A stretch of DNA of 64,000 bases from a virus. Lineage: Duplodnaviria; Caudoviricetes. A program made the position numbers and the translations under genes. Position 1 is the first letter of the stretch, and each line of letters starts with the position of its first letter. The stretch covers positions 18,750 to 82,749 of IMG/VR virus record IMGVR_UViG_3300021255_002777. One strand, written 5' to 3'. The notes below the pieces were generated by a model. The model saw only the letters and a list, made by a program, of their open reading frames with translations, was not told where the DNA came from and ran no database searches. This document shows, piece by piece, positions 1 to 10,300 of this stretch.

Positions 1-4
1 TACG

Positions 5-3000
5 GTGAGAACCATTGCTGGCAAACGTGGTGCTTGGGACCGTGTGCTGATAGGCAGGATGCGTGAACAGGATGAGGAGCGTGAGAAGTTTCTGAACAAC
101 GAGCCAAACCCGTGGCTGATGAACTACAAACCAAAGAAGGACGGAAACCTTACTGACTCAGAGTTCTTTGCACAAAATGACTTCGATGATTGGGGAGCAC
201 CAGAGTTCGGTAACACAAACGACCCATGGGCTGAAGATGACCCTGAAGACTGGGATGAGTTCTCGGCACCTAACCTCGGTAACCTGCCGTCAGTCGAAAA
301 GAACCAGGAACTGCGTGTTGAAAAGAGAGAAGGCGACAAGACCAGCGTAATCTCAGTAACAGATGTGAAGGAGGAGCTTTTCCCGAACAGTGACCAGCCT
401 TCAGGCATCATGTTTATGATTCCCGTACGCAATAACACAGAAAATGTTGAGGAAAGAAAAGCAGAGCTTCTGCGTAACAATGGTGCAGATGGTCAATTCA
501 CTTCCTGGGACGAGGCAGTAGCCAAAGCTCAGGAACTCAACGATGGTCAAAACGAGTTTGTCGCAGTGATAGAAGGTACGGCCAATGACTACAAGATAAC
601 ATTGTACAATTCGACAGACATACAAGCCGCGGAAGTGTGGCGCAGTCAGCGTGGCTCAACAATCATCACGGGTCCAACTGGAATCAACGAAGTGATGAAC
701 GGGTTCGGCGATCCTTCTGTAAACTTTGTTAAGCATGATGATGCCGTAGGACTGAATGAGCTGACAAAACTTATTGATGATGTTGTAGCTTTGCTTAGGG
801 CGATAGAGATGAAGGCAACTCTACCTGCTATGACACCACTTGCTGCACGTGCCATTGTTGCAAAATTCATGAAGAATGATGCAAGGCTGATGGACGAGGT
901 AAAGAATATTGTTGAACAGGCAAGGAACGGTGAAGCTAATGCAAAGGATTTCGTTGAGAGCATGACCAGCATAGCAACGGATTCGTTGACGGATGCCGAA
1001 GTGGAGAATGTTGCAGTTGACTTGCTGAGTGCCATGATGGAGAATGCAGAGGAAGCAAGCAGCAAGCTTAAGCAGAAAAGCATGACATACTTCAAGAACC
1101 AGTTCCAGGCTGGCATCAACAGGATGCGCAACTCTCTTGGTGCAAACAGGAACTCAACACCAGACTTCACTGAGCAGAGGAACAAGCTTCTGCAAATCAA
1201 GCAGAGGGCTATCACGGCAAGTGGCGGTCATGTCCCGAATGCTATAGAGCAAAGGCAGGCTGAACAGGAGCACATGAGGATGACCAACCAGTTCAATGCA
1301 CTGGACAGGCTGTATAAGATAATGCGCAAAGCCTTGGTGATGGAGCAGCGCAAAGAACGCATCCTTATTCAGGACGGGTACTCAGCTGACAAGACAAGGA
1401 AGCGCATTAATATGCTGAGAAGGTATCTCAATAACAACGGCACAGTTGACCCTGCAGGTGTAGTGAATTACCTGATGCAGCTCACAAACGAATACAAAGA
1501 CCTTGAGCAGTTCTTCAATGAGCTGAACAGCGGTGCAGGAGATTACCGCGGTACGCAGAAGCTTGAAAGGCTTGCACAATGTCTGAATGTTGTCCGCTCA
1601 CATGAGGAGATTCTCGACAACTTGCGTGAGTTAATGAGTGATGATTCTTTTGTGCAGAAACTTATACAGTTCAATCTCGCAGACAGCAACGTAGCCACAA
1701 CTATGAAGGAAATGTTTGACAGGGTTGATACTGTTAATCAGCAGATAAAGACACAGTTGAAGAAGCATGCAGGTAATGCTTTCATGGACTTTGTTCGTGA
1801 ATTTGTCGGTGATGTTCCATTGATAACAAACCGTGATGGCAGTGTGATGACCTGGACTGAACTGATGAATGCAGTGGACTCTGACATCAGTCTGATAGAC
1901 CAGTACCTGCGTTCAATGGGTAATACCAACGATCCGGTTGGCCAAATATTCGACCTTGTTGTGAAGAAGCAAAAGGACAAAGCACGTGAGATGGCTATCA
2001 AAGACCAGCAAGGCAAGATAAAGAGACTTGCACAGATGATGACCAGCATGAAGCTGACCAACTTCGAGTTCCTATTTGAGCACGATGAAAACGGTAAGAA
2101 GACCGGATACTATCTCAGCCAGATCAAGTGGGGTCAATTCCACAAAGAGTTCAAACCTGTTGAAGATGCACTGAACAAGGTGCTGAGGAGCGAAACCGCA
2201 ACAGAAGCGGAGAAGGCAACTGCACAGGCAGAGTTTGATAGATGGTGTACACAAAATGATGTCACACGTAACACAGCTGGTATATACACACCGAAGTCAA
2301 CAAGCAGGTGGCTGAATCCTGAGTACACAAGGTTGCAGGATAGTCACCCTGATGAGTTCCGGTTCTACAACGAGTTCATGAGCATCAAGAAGGAGTTCGA
2401 TGAGAGGTTGGGTCAGTTCACCAACCATGAACGTGCCATTCAAAGGCGTATGACTTCAGAGCAGCGATTCCGTGCAAACTTCACACTTGACCCGAATGCT
2501 TTGTGGGAGAATGTGAAGCAAGCTCTCGCATCTGAATACCTTGTGCGTGAAGATGATTATGAGGAATACGGAGAGCGTTCTGCTGTGCTGGACTACGAAG
2601 GCAACGAAAGAACTGTGATACCTGCACCGTTTGTAAGAATGCTGAAGAACCCGGATGAGTTGAGCACTGACCCGATTGGCTGTCTGATTGCCTACTCATA
2701 CACTACGGCAAACTTCGAGATGATGAAGGAGATTGCAAACCCAATGGAGGTGGGTTTCAACGCCTTGGTCAACGACAAAGTGCAATATGACGTGAGAAGC
2801 GGAAGGACTGTGACTGAGACATTCAGGACAGGCGAGAAGCAGAAGGCCGTTGTTAGACAGAGCAGACTGCTGAAGAAAATCCGTGACTTCATGGACTCAC
2901 AGTTGTATATGAAGTACATTGATGATGGTAGAGATACGTTCAAGATATTTGGTCTTGAGTTCCGTAAGTCAAAGGTTATCAATGCTTTCCTGCACATGAG

Positions 3001-4267
3001 TGCAGTGGCTCAGCTTGGCTTTAACTGGCTGGTTGACTTGGCTAACCTGGCTAACGGTATCCTGCAGACCAACATTGAGGCGTTTGGTAGGAAGCACTTC
3101 AGTGGTGCTCAGCTGCTGAAGGCTGACAACATCTACCGCAAAGAGCTTGTGAAGTTCCTGCCTGACTTGGGCAGACCAATCAAGGAAAGCAAGCTGGCTC
3201 TGATTGACGAGAAGTTCAACATCATGCAGAACTTTGATGTTAAGATATATAACAACCGCAGGTATGATTTGCTGTCAAAGTTGTTCAACACTTCCTTTGC
3301 TTTCATGGGCACGGCTGGTGGTAACCATTGGTTGTACAACAGGACAGCGATTGCGATGATGCTCAACACTGAAGTAATCATAAAGAACGGTGACACTGAG
3401 ACAAAGACCAACCTTTGGGATGCACTTGATGTTGTTGACAACGACGAGGGCGGAAAGCAGGTTGTGCTGAAAGACGGAGCCACTGTTGACGGTAAGGCTA
3501 TCGACAACGAATGGCTTGCAGAGTTTGGCAGGAAGATTGCTGATGTGAATCATGGCATTGTCGGCATCTACAACAAAGATGACATGATGATGGCATCACG
3601 TATAAGTTGGTTGAGGCTGTTCATCGCATTCCGCAAACATCTTGTTCCTCTGATGGACAAGCGTTACCGAGGTAAGCATAAGAATGAGCTGACCGGTGAG
3701 GAAGTACAGGGCTATATGAGAACCTTCGGTGAGTATCTGCGCGGCCTGCACAACGCACAATACAATGTGCCTGCTGCATGGAACGAACTCAGTGAAGAAG
3801 AAAAGCAAGATGTGAGGATGGCTCTCACAGACTGTGTACAATTCCTAGGATTGCTGATGCTTTGCCTGCTGCCGTTTGGCGGAGATGACGATGATGACGA
3901 AGATGGCAAGCTGGCGAAGATATGCAAATACTTGCTGGCCCGTGAACGCCATGAGATGGGAAGTATGTTGCCTACTGTGTATATGCCTAAAGAGATTGTG
4001 AACATGGCTGAGCAACCTACCATAGGCACGCCGCAGATTGCTGACATCACAAACTTCGCAACCACAGTGTTCACACCATGGACGTGGGACGACCAAGTGC
4101 AGTCTGGTCCGTTTGCAGGTATGTCAAACTTCGAGATGAGGTTACGCAAACTGCCTGTTCCGCCGTTGACATATTACAGGAACATTGACAAGTCACTAAA
4201 CGGCGTAAACAGCTCAACGTGGTTCTACAACCGTGGCTATGTAGGAGGCGGAGGAAGTAAAGCTTAA
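5..4267 (+). CDS. Giant virion/ejection protein, C-terminal part (crAss-like RNA-polymerase-associated giant protein); 5' end probably lies outside the window
   Basis: Frame is open from the window edge for 1420 aa; helical, low-Cys composition; hydrophobic segment plus acidic GDDDDDED near the C-terminus, as recalled for Crassvirales giant proteins. No DFDxD catalytic motif in the visible part. Confidence 0.6.
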   Translation: MRTIAGKRGAWDRVLIGRMREQDEEREKFLNNEPNPWLMNYKPKKDGNLTDSEFFAQNDFDDWGAPEFGNTNDPWAEDDPEDWDEFSAPNLGNLPSVEKNQELRVEKREGDKTSVISVTDVKEELFPNSDQPSGIMFMIPVRNNTENVEERKAELLRNNGADGQFTSWDEAVAKAQELNDGQNEFVAVIEGTANDYKITLYNSTDIQAAEVWRSQRGSTIITGPTGINEVMNGFGDPSVNFVKHDDAVGLNELTKLIDDVVALLRAIEMKATLPAMTPLAARAIVAKFMKNDARLMDEVKNIVEQARNGEANAKDFVESMTSIATDSLTDAEVENVAVDLLSAMMENAEEASSKLKQKSMTYFKNQFQAGINRMRNSLGANRNSTPDFTEQRNKLLQIKQRAITASGGHVPNAIEQRQAEQEHMRMTNQFNALDRLYKIMRKALVMEQRKERILIQDGYSADKTRKRINMLRRYLNNNGTVDPAGVVNYLMQLTNEYKDLEQFFNELNSGAGDYRGTQKLERLAQCLNVVRSHEEILDNLRELMSDDSFVQKLIQFNLADSNVATTMKEMFDRVDTVNQQIKTQLKKHAGNAFMDFVREFVGDVPLITNRDGSVMTWTELMNAVDSDISLIDQYLRSMGNTNDPVGQIFDLVVKKQKDKAREMAIKDQQGKIKRLAQMMTSMKLTNFEFLFEHDENGKKTGYYLSQIKWGQFHKEFKPVEDALNKVLRSETATEAEKATAQAEFDRWCTQNDVTRNTAGIYTPKSTSRWLNPEYTRLQDSHPDEFRFYNEFMSIKKEFDERLGQFTNHERAIQRRMTSEQRFRANFTLDPNALWENVKQALASEYLVREDDYEEYGERSAVLDYEGNERTVIPAPFVRMLKNPDELSTDPIGCLIAYSYTTANFEMMKEIANPMEVGFNALVNDKVQYDVRSGRTVTETFRTGEKQKAVVRQSRLLKKIRDFMDSQLYMKYIDDGRDTFKIFGLEFRKSKVINAFLHMSAVAQLGFNWLVDLANLANGILQTNIEAFGRKHFSGAQLLKADNIYRKELVKFLPDLGRPIKESKLALIDEKFNIMQNFDVKIYNNRRYDLLSKLFNTSFAFMGTAGGNHWLYNRTAIAMMLNTEVIIKNGDTETKTNLWDALDVVDNDEGGKQVVLKDGATVDGKAIDNEWLAEFGRKIADVNHGIVGIYNKDDMMMASRISWLRLFIAFRKHLVPLMDKRYRGKHKNELTGEEVQGYMRTFGEYLRGLHNAQYNVPAAWNELSEEEKQDVRMALTDCVQFLGLLMLCLLPFGGDDDDDEDGKLAKICKYLLARERHEMGSMLPTVYMPKEIVNMAEQPTIGTPQIADITNFATTVFTPWTWDDQVQSGPFAGMSNFEMRLRKLPVPPLTYYRNIDKSLNGVNSSTWFYNRGYVGGGGSKA

Positions 4268-4286
4268 GTGATATGTGTATAAAGAT

Positions 4287-4312
4287 AAAGCGCGGCAAAT
4301 CACCGCGCTTTT
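4287..4312. terminator. Bidirectional intrinsic terminator between convergent giant genes
   Basis: AAAGCGCGG-caaatca-CCGCGCTTTT: stem with A-tract before and T-tract after, lying between stops at 4267 (+) and 4332 (-). Confidence 0.85.
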
Positions 4313-4331
4313 CTATTATCACTATACACTA

Positions 4332-7300
4332 TTACAGCACACACTTTCTGATGCGTTCCTTGATTGTATCATGCAGCGATTTGTAAACCTTCTCTGAATA
4401 ACCTGCCATACTGAGGAACTCTTTGTCCTGCTCGGTGAGCATATCAAGGTAAGCATGATTAGCCAAGAACATATCATCATGAGTAAGGCTGTACAGCATA
4501 TCAGATGGTGTACTTTGATCGCTTGTTCTATGGCCAGACATAAGTTGTTTCTCAAGTTCTGCAACAGCATCAGCATTATCGACAAGCGACTGAATACCAT
4601 TGCGCAGTTCCTTGAATATAGCGTCTGCTTCAGAATTGCCTGTGGTTCCTGAGTTAAGATAAACACGGAACTGATGTGCGATGTGTGCAGCAAGGTCAGT
4701 GTTTGATTCAACATCACTGACTGTGTTACGAACTGCTGACCATAGTTTGTTGCGCTGCTCTTCATTCAGCACAGTCTTCATAGCATCGACTGCATCTTCA
4801 AGGCTGAAGTAACCACGGGTAAGCTCAGCTGAGAACGCATCAAGCTTAGGTGAAATTCCAGTGAAGGAACGGTCTGTATTAAACCCCATGCCAAGATTAG
4901 TGGCAACAGTGCTGCTAACTTTGCTTGTGTCAACAGACTGAACAGGGATGAACGGCTTGATGCTCTTCGGCCTTGGGTTTAGGCCAACATCTTTGAGTGC
5001 TTGGTCAGTGATATTTGAATCGAGCTTAACGTCAGTATCTGAGATATCATTTTCAGAAACACCCAGATCATTTATCAAGATGTCCTTCACTTCATCAGCA
5101 CTAAGTCCAGTACCGTTACGCAATGCTTCAATGGATACAGTGTTTGATTGCTCTGCCTGTTCAGCACTTGCTGGCTCTGCTTCTGCTTGTTTATTTTCAA
5201 CAATCTCATCAGCTGGTTTCTTCGGGTTGTCAATCATGTCGAAGTTGGAAAGAGGATTGTCACTAAGCATATCACACCACACAAGTTCTTGCATGGTTCG
5301 TGCATACTGACCTGCACCGAACAGACTCTTGATAAAGTCGATGATGGAGTTGACAAGCTTCATCAGCTTCTTCTTGATAGTCTCTCCACTGTCTTCGAGG
5401 TGTGCTTCAATCCATTGTTCACCACGCTGACCAGACAGGTGAGCGAACACTTCCTCGGCAATCAGGTCATCATCGTCAACAAGGTTGCCATGTTCATCAC
5501 GCTTCTTGACAAGGTCTCCATAGGACTCCTTCACACTTTCCCACATCTTCTTTTCACTGCGAAGGTCTTCAACAAGCTTCTTCCAGCGCTTCTTGCCTTC
5601 AGGTGTCCTGCGCATGACATTGCACCACAAGTGCGTATACTCGTGGATAAGTGACTCCATGTTCATTAAGTCTGGGTCGAGATAAATGGAGTTGCTTGCT
5701 GAGTCATAGAAGCCATAAACAATGGTACCATCAGCAGAAAGGAAGTAACGTCTGCCTTGTTCTCTGCCTAACTCAAGCACTGACCTTTCACCGCCTGATT
5801 GTAGTCTATGGTTGGCTTGGTCTACAAGTCGTTGGCCTACGTCTGTTTTTGCTGATATCTCAATACCGTGTGATTTTAGCCTTGTAATAAGTTTATCAAG
5901 TTTACTACGCTTATCGATTGCAGCATCAGTACCACGGTCTTTCAAACTATTCACTATGGCAGCTTTGTCTTCCACACTAATAGCATCAAATGAAGTCTTG
6001 CCTTCACGGATTTCATCAAGCAGGACTTTGAGCTTTGCTTTGTCAACACTATCAAAGAACTCTTTGGCGACAGCATCAATATTGCTACCATTGTAATGCC
6101 TCAGCACAGCAGACAGAACTGACGGCAACTGAGCATCCAGGTCATGCAAAGTATACTGCATACTCTTGTTCTCAGAGAACTTGATTTTGCCGAGGTTGCC
6201 TTGCTGTGGTGTGAACTCATACACGACGCCGTTGAACTCAAAGTAGTTGACTTGACCCCAGCGTGGGTGCATATCAGACTGCATGAATGCTGTAGCAAGT
6301 TTCCTAAGCACACGTTGGTAGTTTGATGGTGTGACTGTGACATCAACAAAGGAACCAGTACCTGATGAAATCTTGATAGACTTAACAGCGGCAATATCAA
6401 ACTTATTTCGTGCAAACTCAACACGAGTTGTTGTGCCCTCATTCGAGTCACGCACCATAACCACACCAGGACTGATAACACGCACATTGCCAGTCTGTTC
6501 GATATAAGGCGATTGAACCTCGGATAAAGTACCGTCACCGTTGCTTAGGAGTTGGTTGACTGTGAAGAAACTGTCATGTGTGTCAGTGTCAGCAAGCTTG
6601 GTGTAGCAAATCTCTTTCAGGAAATCGCTGTAGGATTGTGGCAGATTATCTCCGCCGCGGATTGCCTGCTTATAGTCGGACTCGTCTTGCAGAAACTTGG
6701 CAGACACGTTGCAACGGACATCACCGTAGATTGATATACCGTTACCATCTGTTGCGATGTTAATGGCGGCTTCTACGTTCTGGCCTTGTTCGTTAGTCTC
6801 CCTGAGTTTGATCGCAAGCTGAATGACAGGCTTGTTGACAAGCTGATCATCAACCATAACCTCAGCCTCGGTCTCGCCTTCACGTTGATTGACATAGATG
6901 TTATCACAGTTGAGGAAGTGCTTGAGGAAAGCAATCAACTGCTCTTGGCTCATGTTCTTTGCTGCCTGCTGAAGAACACGTGCAATCATGTCATTGCCGT
7001 ACTTGGCTGATGTAGTGCCGGTGATTGACCTTGTCTTGACAGGGACAGCACGCCACCTTGTCAAGCCGTTGTTGCCAGGTCTTTGTATCAGGATGCAGGG
7101 CTGGCCTTTGGCACCAGAGCCTGTGATTGATATGCCGGAGTTGAGGCCAACGGCTCCTATGATATGGAACCTTGCTGGTTTATCACTGATAGAAGCTACA
7201 GTGACCTCGGCATCAGTACCTTTGTTTGCACCGTTTCTGTATTTCGGAAATCCTGCGAACACATTGGCTACGTGGGTCTTGTGCTTTGACATGACACCGC

Positions 7301-10300
7301 CAAGTGCATCATCATAGGTTCCGTTTTCGTACTCCTCACGGAATACTTGATATATCTGGTACAGGTCTCCGTTGTCAGTTTTGGGACCGTAGTAAGGACT
7401 GTTGAGGTCAGTGACAATCTGACCATTGTGGACGATATAGACTATGAGTCCGAGTTCCTCGTCTTTGGTAATCAGGAACCCAACTTCATCACCACTCTTT
7501 ACATTGCCTTTGTCAATGTAACCAAAGGCACCCTCACGTGAAAGCCTGTTGTAGATAGCCTCACTGCGCTTTGCCAACCTGCGCCATTCAGCGACACTCT
7601 TGGTGCCAAGCTCACCTATAGAATGTAAACTGGTTTCATCAGTTGTTTCAGGCAGTTTAGCAAGATACTCATTGACAATTTCATGATAAGGCTTGTAGGT
7701 AAAGCCACTGCGGTAAGCGAACTCACCAGTATTACTTCTCCAGACAGGACCGAGACGGCCTCTGTCTTCATCGCCTATGTTGATGAACTCCATCATAGCC
7801 TTTTCCTCTTCGGCTTCCGAAGGGTTCTGCAAATGCTGATTCTCCTGTGTTGCAGCAGGGCTTGGTGCTTCTTCGTTGGATGCCTGTTCTTGCTGTGCTG
7901 GTTGTGCTTGCGGAGCAGGACTGTGCTGCTCAGCATCCACAGGCTTGGTGTCAGGCTGACGTGAATTACGCAGTGAATCAAGCCTTGCTTTGACCTTCTT
8001 GAGGATGGCGTTGAACGCTGTGCGCTCAGTCTTTGCTCTTGCCGACTTGTCTTCCTTGATTGTATTGAGCCTCTGTTCAAGTATGCGTTCAAGTTCCTCA
8101 AGTAGGTTAATGAGTGTGTCGGATTCAGCAACCTTTGAGAGCAAATCCTTTGCATACTTGGCAATGGTCTCATAAGTACTGCTTGATGTGACTGCTTCTT
8201 TTGCATTCTGTGCTGCTGTGGTTATGCGGTTCATCCAGTCATGCACACCTTTGATTGCGGCATTCAGACCTTTAAGGAAGTTAGGAGCATCCTTCTTCAG
8301 CTTGTTCAATGCTTTATTGATTTGCTTGCGTTGAGCATCGGTAATACGTGAAACAATAGAACCGTCTTCATCGATGTCTGTGAGCTTGATAAACTCCATA
8401 ATGGTCTGTGCTTCCTCAATGGCATCAACATCGAGGATTGTGGGCTCTTCCTTCTCTGAGTTTGAGTTGATGATACCTTGAATGAAATCCTTGGTTTTTT
8501 CAATCAGCTCTTCCCTGAGTTCAGGATCGGTGATGTCTTTAAAGTAATCTGCAAGTTTATCGTTGTAGAATTTCTCGACAGCCTCGGCGACTTTCTTTGC
8601 AAGGACTTTGGAACGTTGGTAAGCGGAGCTGCGTGCAATGGCTTCATCACCCTTTGCAATGAGTTCATCTACGGTCTGCTTCTTCTGTGCAAGTTTGTCC
8701 TTGGTCTTCTGCCATTTATTAACCAGCCAACGTATTGCTTTCTGCTTTGCATTAAGAAGGTTCTCAGGATTAGCAAGTGCCTCGTCAAAGGCTTTATTGT
8801 ATTCCTGTGCCTTCTCGTAGCACTTAGCAACATCTTCCATATCACGGAGAAAAGCATTGCGGTCAAACTTCTTCATCTTGCCTTCCCTGCGCATAGCCGC
8901 GTCGACAGCGTCCAGTGCTGCGGAAGCGAACCGCTGGCGTGTTTGGTTGATGGTATCCTCATCGGTTTCATCCCAAGTGAGGTATTCATGTTTCAATAAT
9001 CCACGCAGTGCAAACCTAGCAAACTGCTGGTCTGTCATGTCCTTAGTGGAGACTATCGCTTTTGTTTCATCGCTGGGGTCAACTTGAACAGCACTTTCTT
9101 GCAACCCAAAAGCCTCAGCAAGTTTCTTTGCAGCACCCTTAGGTATTGTGACGGTGAACGTTTCAGGCAATATACCACGCCATTTCTGTGTGAGTTCATC
9201 ACCACGATCAAAGTGAGACCGACCTAGGTATTCTGTATACGCAAGATAATCTTCCTGGTCTTTGGAGAAGTAACCACGCGTTTCCCTGTTGATTCTTTCA
9301 ACAGCGTCCTGATACCTCTGCACGGCTTCACGTATCCTGTCTGTGTTATGCTTGATAGATTCTCGTGCAGCCTCGACACTGGCTACATTACCGTTGTCAT
9401 CGACAAGTGAAGAAGGGCCATCCCAGTAAGAGTCAGGTGCAGCATTATCAGCATTGCGCAGCAGTCTTGCACGTTCCTCTTCAAGTTCATCAATTCTTGA
9501 TTTGCTCTCAGGTGACTTCATAGCAAGGTCATAATCTTGCTGTGCCTGCTTGCGTGCATCGATGGCTTGGATAAGTGCCTGAGCAGCATGCTTGACTTCA
9601 GTGTTTCTTGCACGTCTTGCAAGTCTACGCAAGTCATTGACCTTGCGTGAGTCTGTTGCTTTCTCACCAAGCACACCGACAACCTGTTGCCTTACCTGCT
9701 GTTCATTCAGCTTGGCTTGGTCAACATTCCTGCGGAGTGCTCTTTCATCATCAGCACCGTCTTTGAGTTGCTCTGCAATCTGCTTGTCAATATTCTCGTT
9801 GATAGCTTCACGCATCTGCTGCCTTTGCATTTCAGGAGTGATTTCCTTAACAGAGCCGTTGATGATGCTCTGCACCTGCTCATCACTCATGTTCTCTGTA
9901 TGCTGGTCAATCATGGCATACAGGTCATCCATTCTGCCTGCACGAGCAAAGGTGCTGATAAGTGAGAACATAGCTTTGTCGTCTTCGGTTTTCCAGTCGT
10001 TCTGGTTACCTTCCTCAGCAAGCCTGATTTTGTTCTGCTCATGGAAGCTCTGTGCTACAAGATGCTGCAGAAGGTTGGGAAGCCTGTCGTTCTTGAGCTG
10101 GTTGTTCAACTCTTTTGCTGTACGTTTTGCAAAGCGTGTATCACGCCACTCATCACGCATCTCACCGGCACCGAACAGCGCACCAGTTAAACCACCGATG
10201 AAACCTTCCTTCCACCCGTCTGCACTGCCATAGGTTTCTTTGATACCGTAGTTCAATGCACTGAGGAAGTCGTGGCTGCCATCGGCAACAAGGTCAACGC

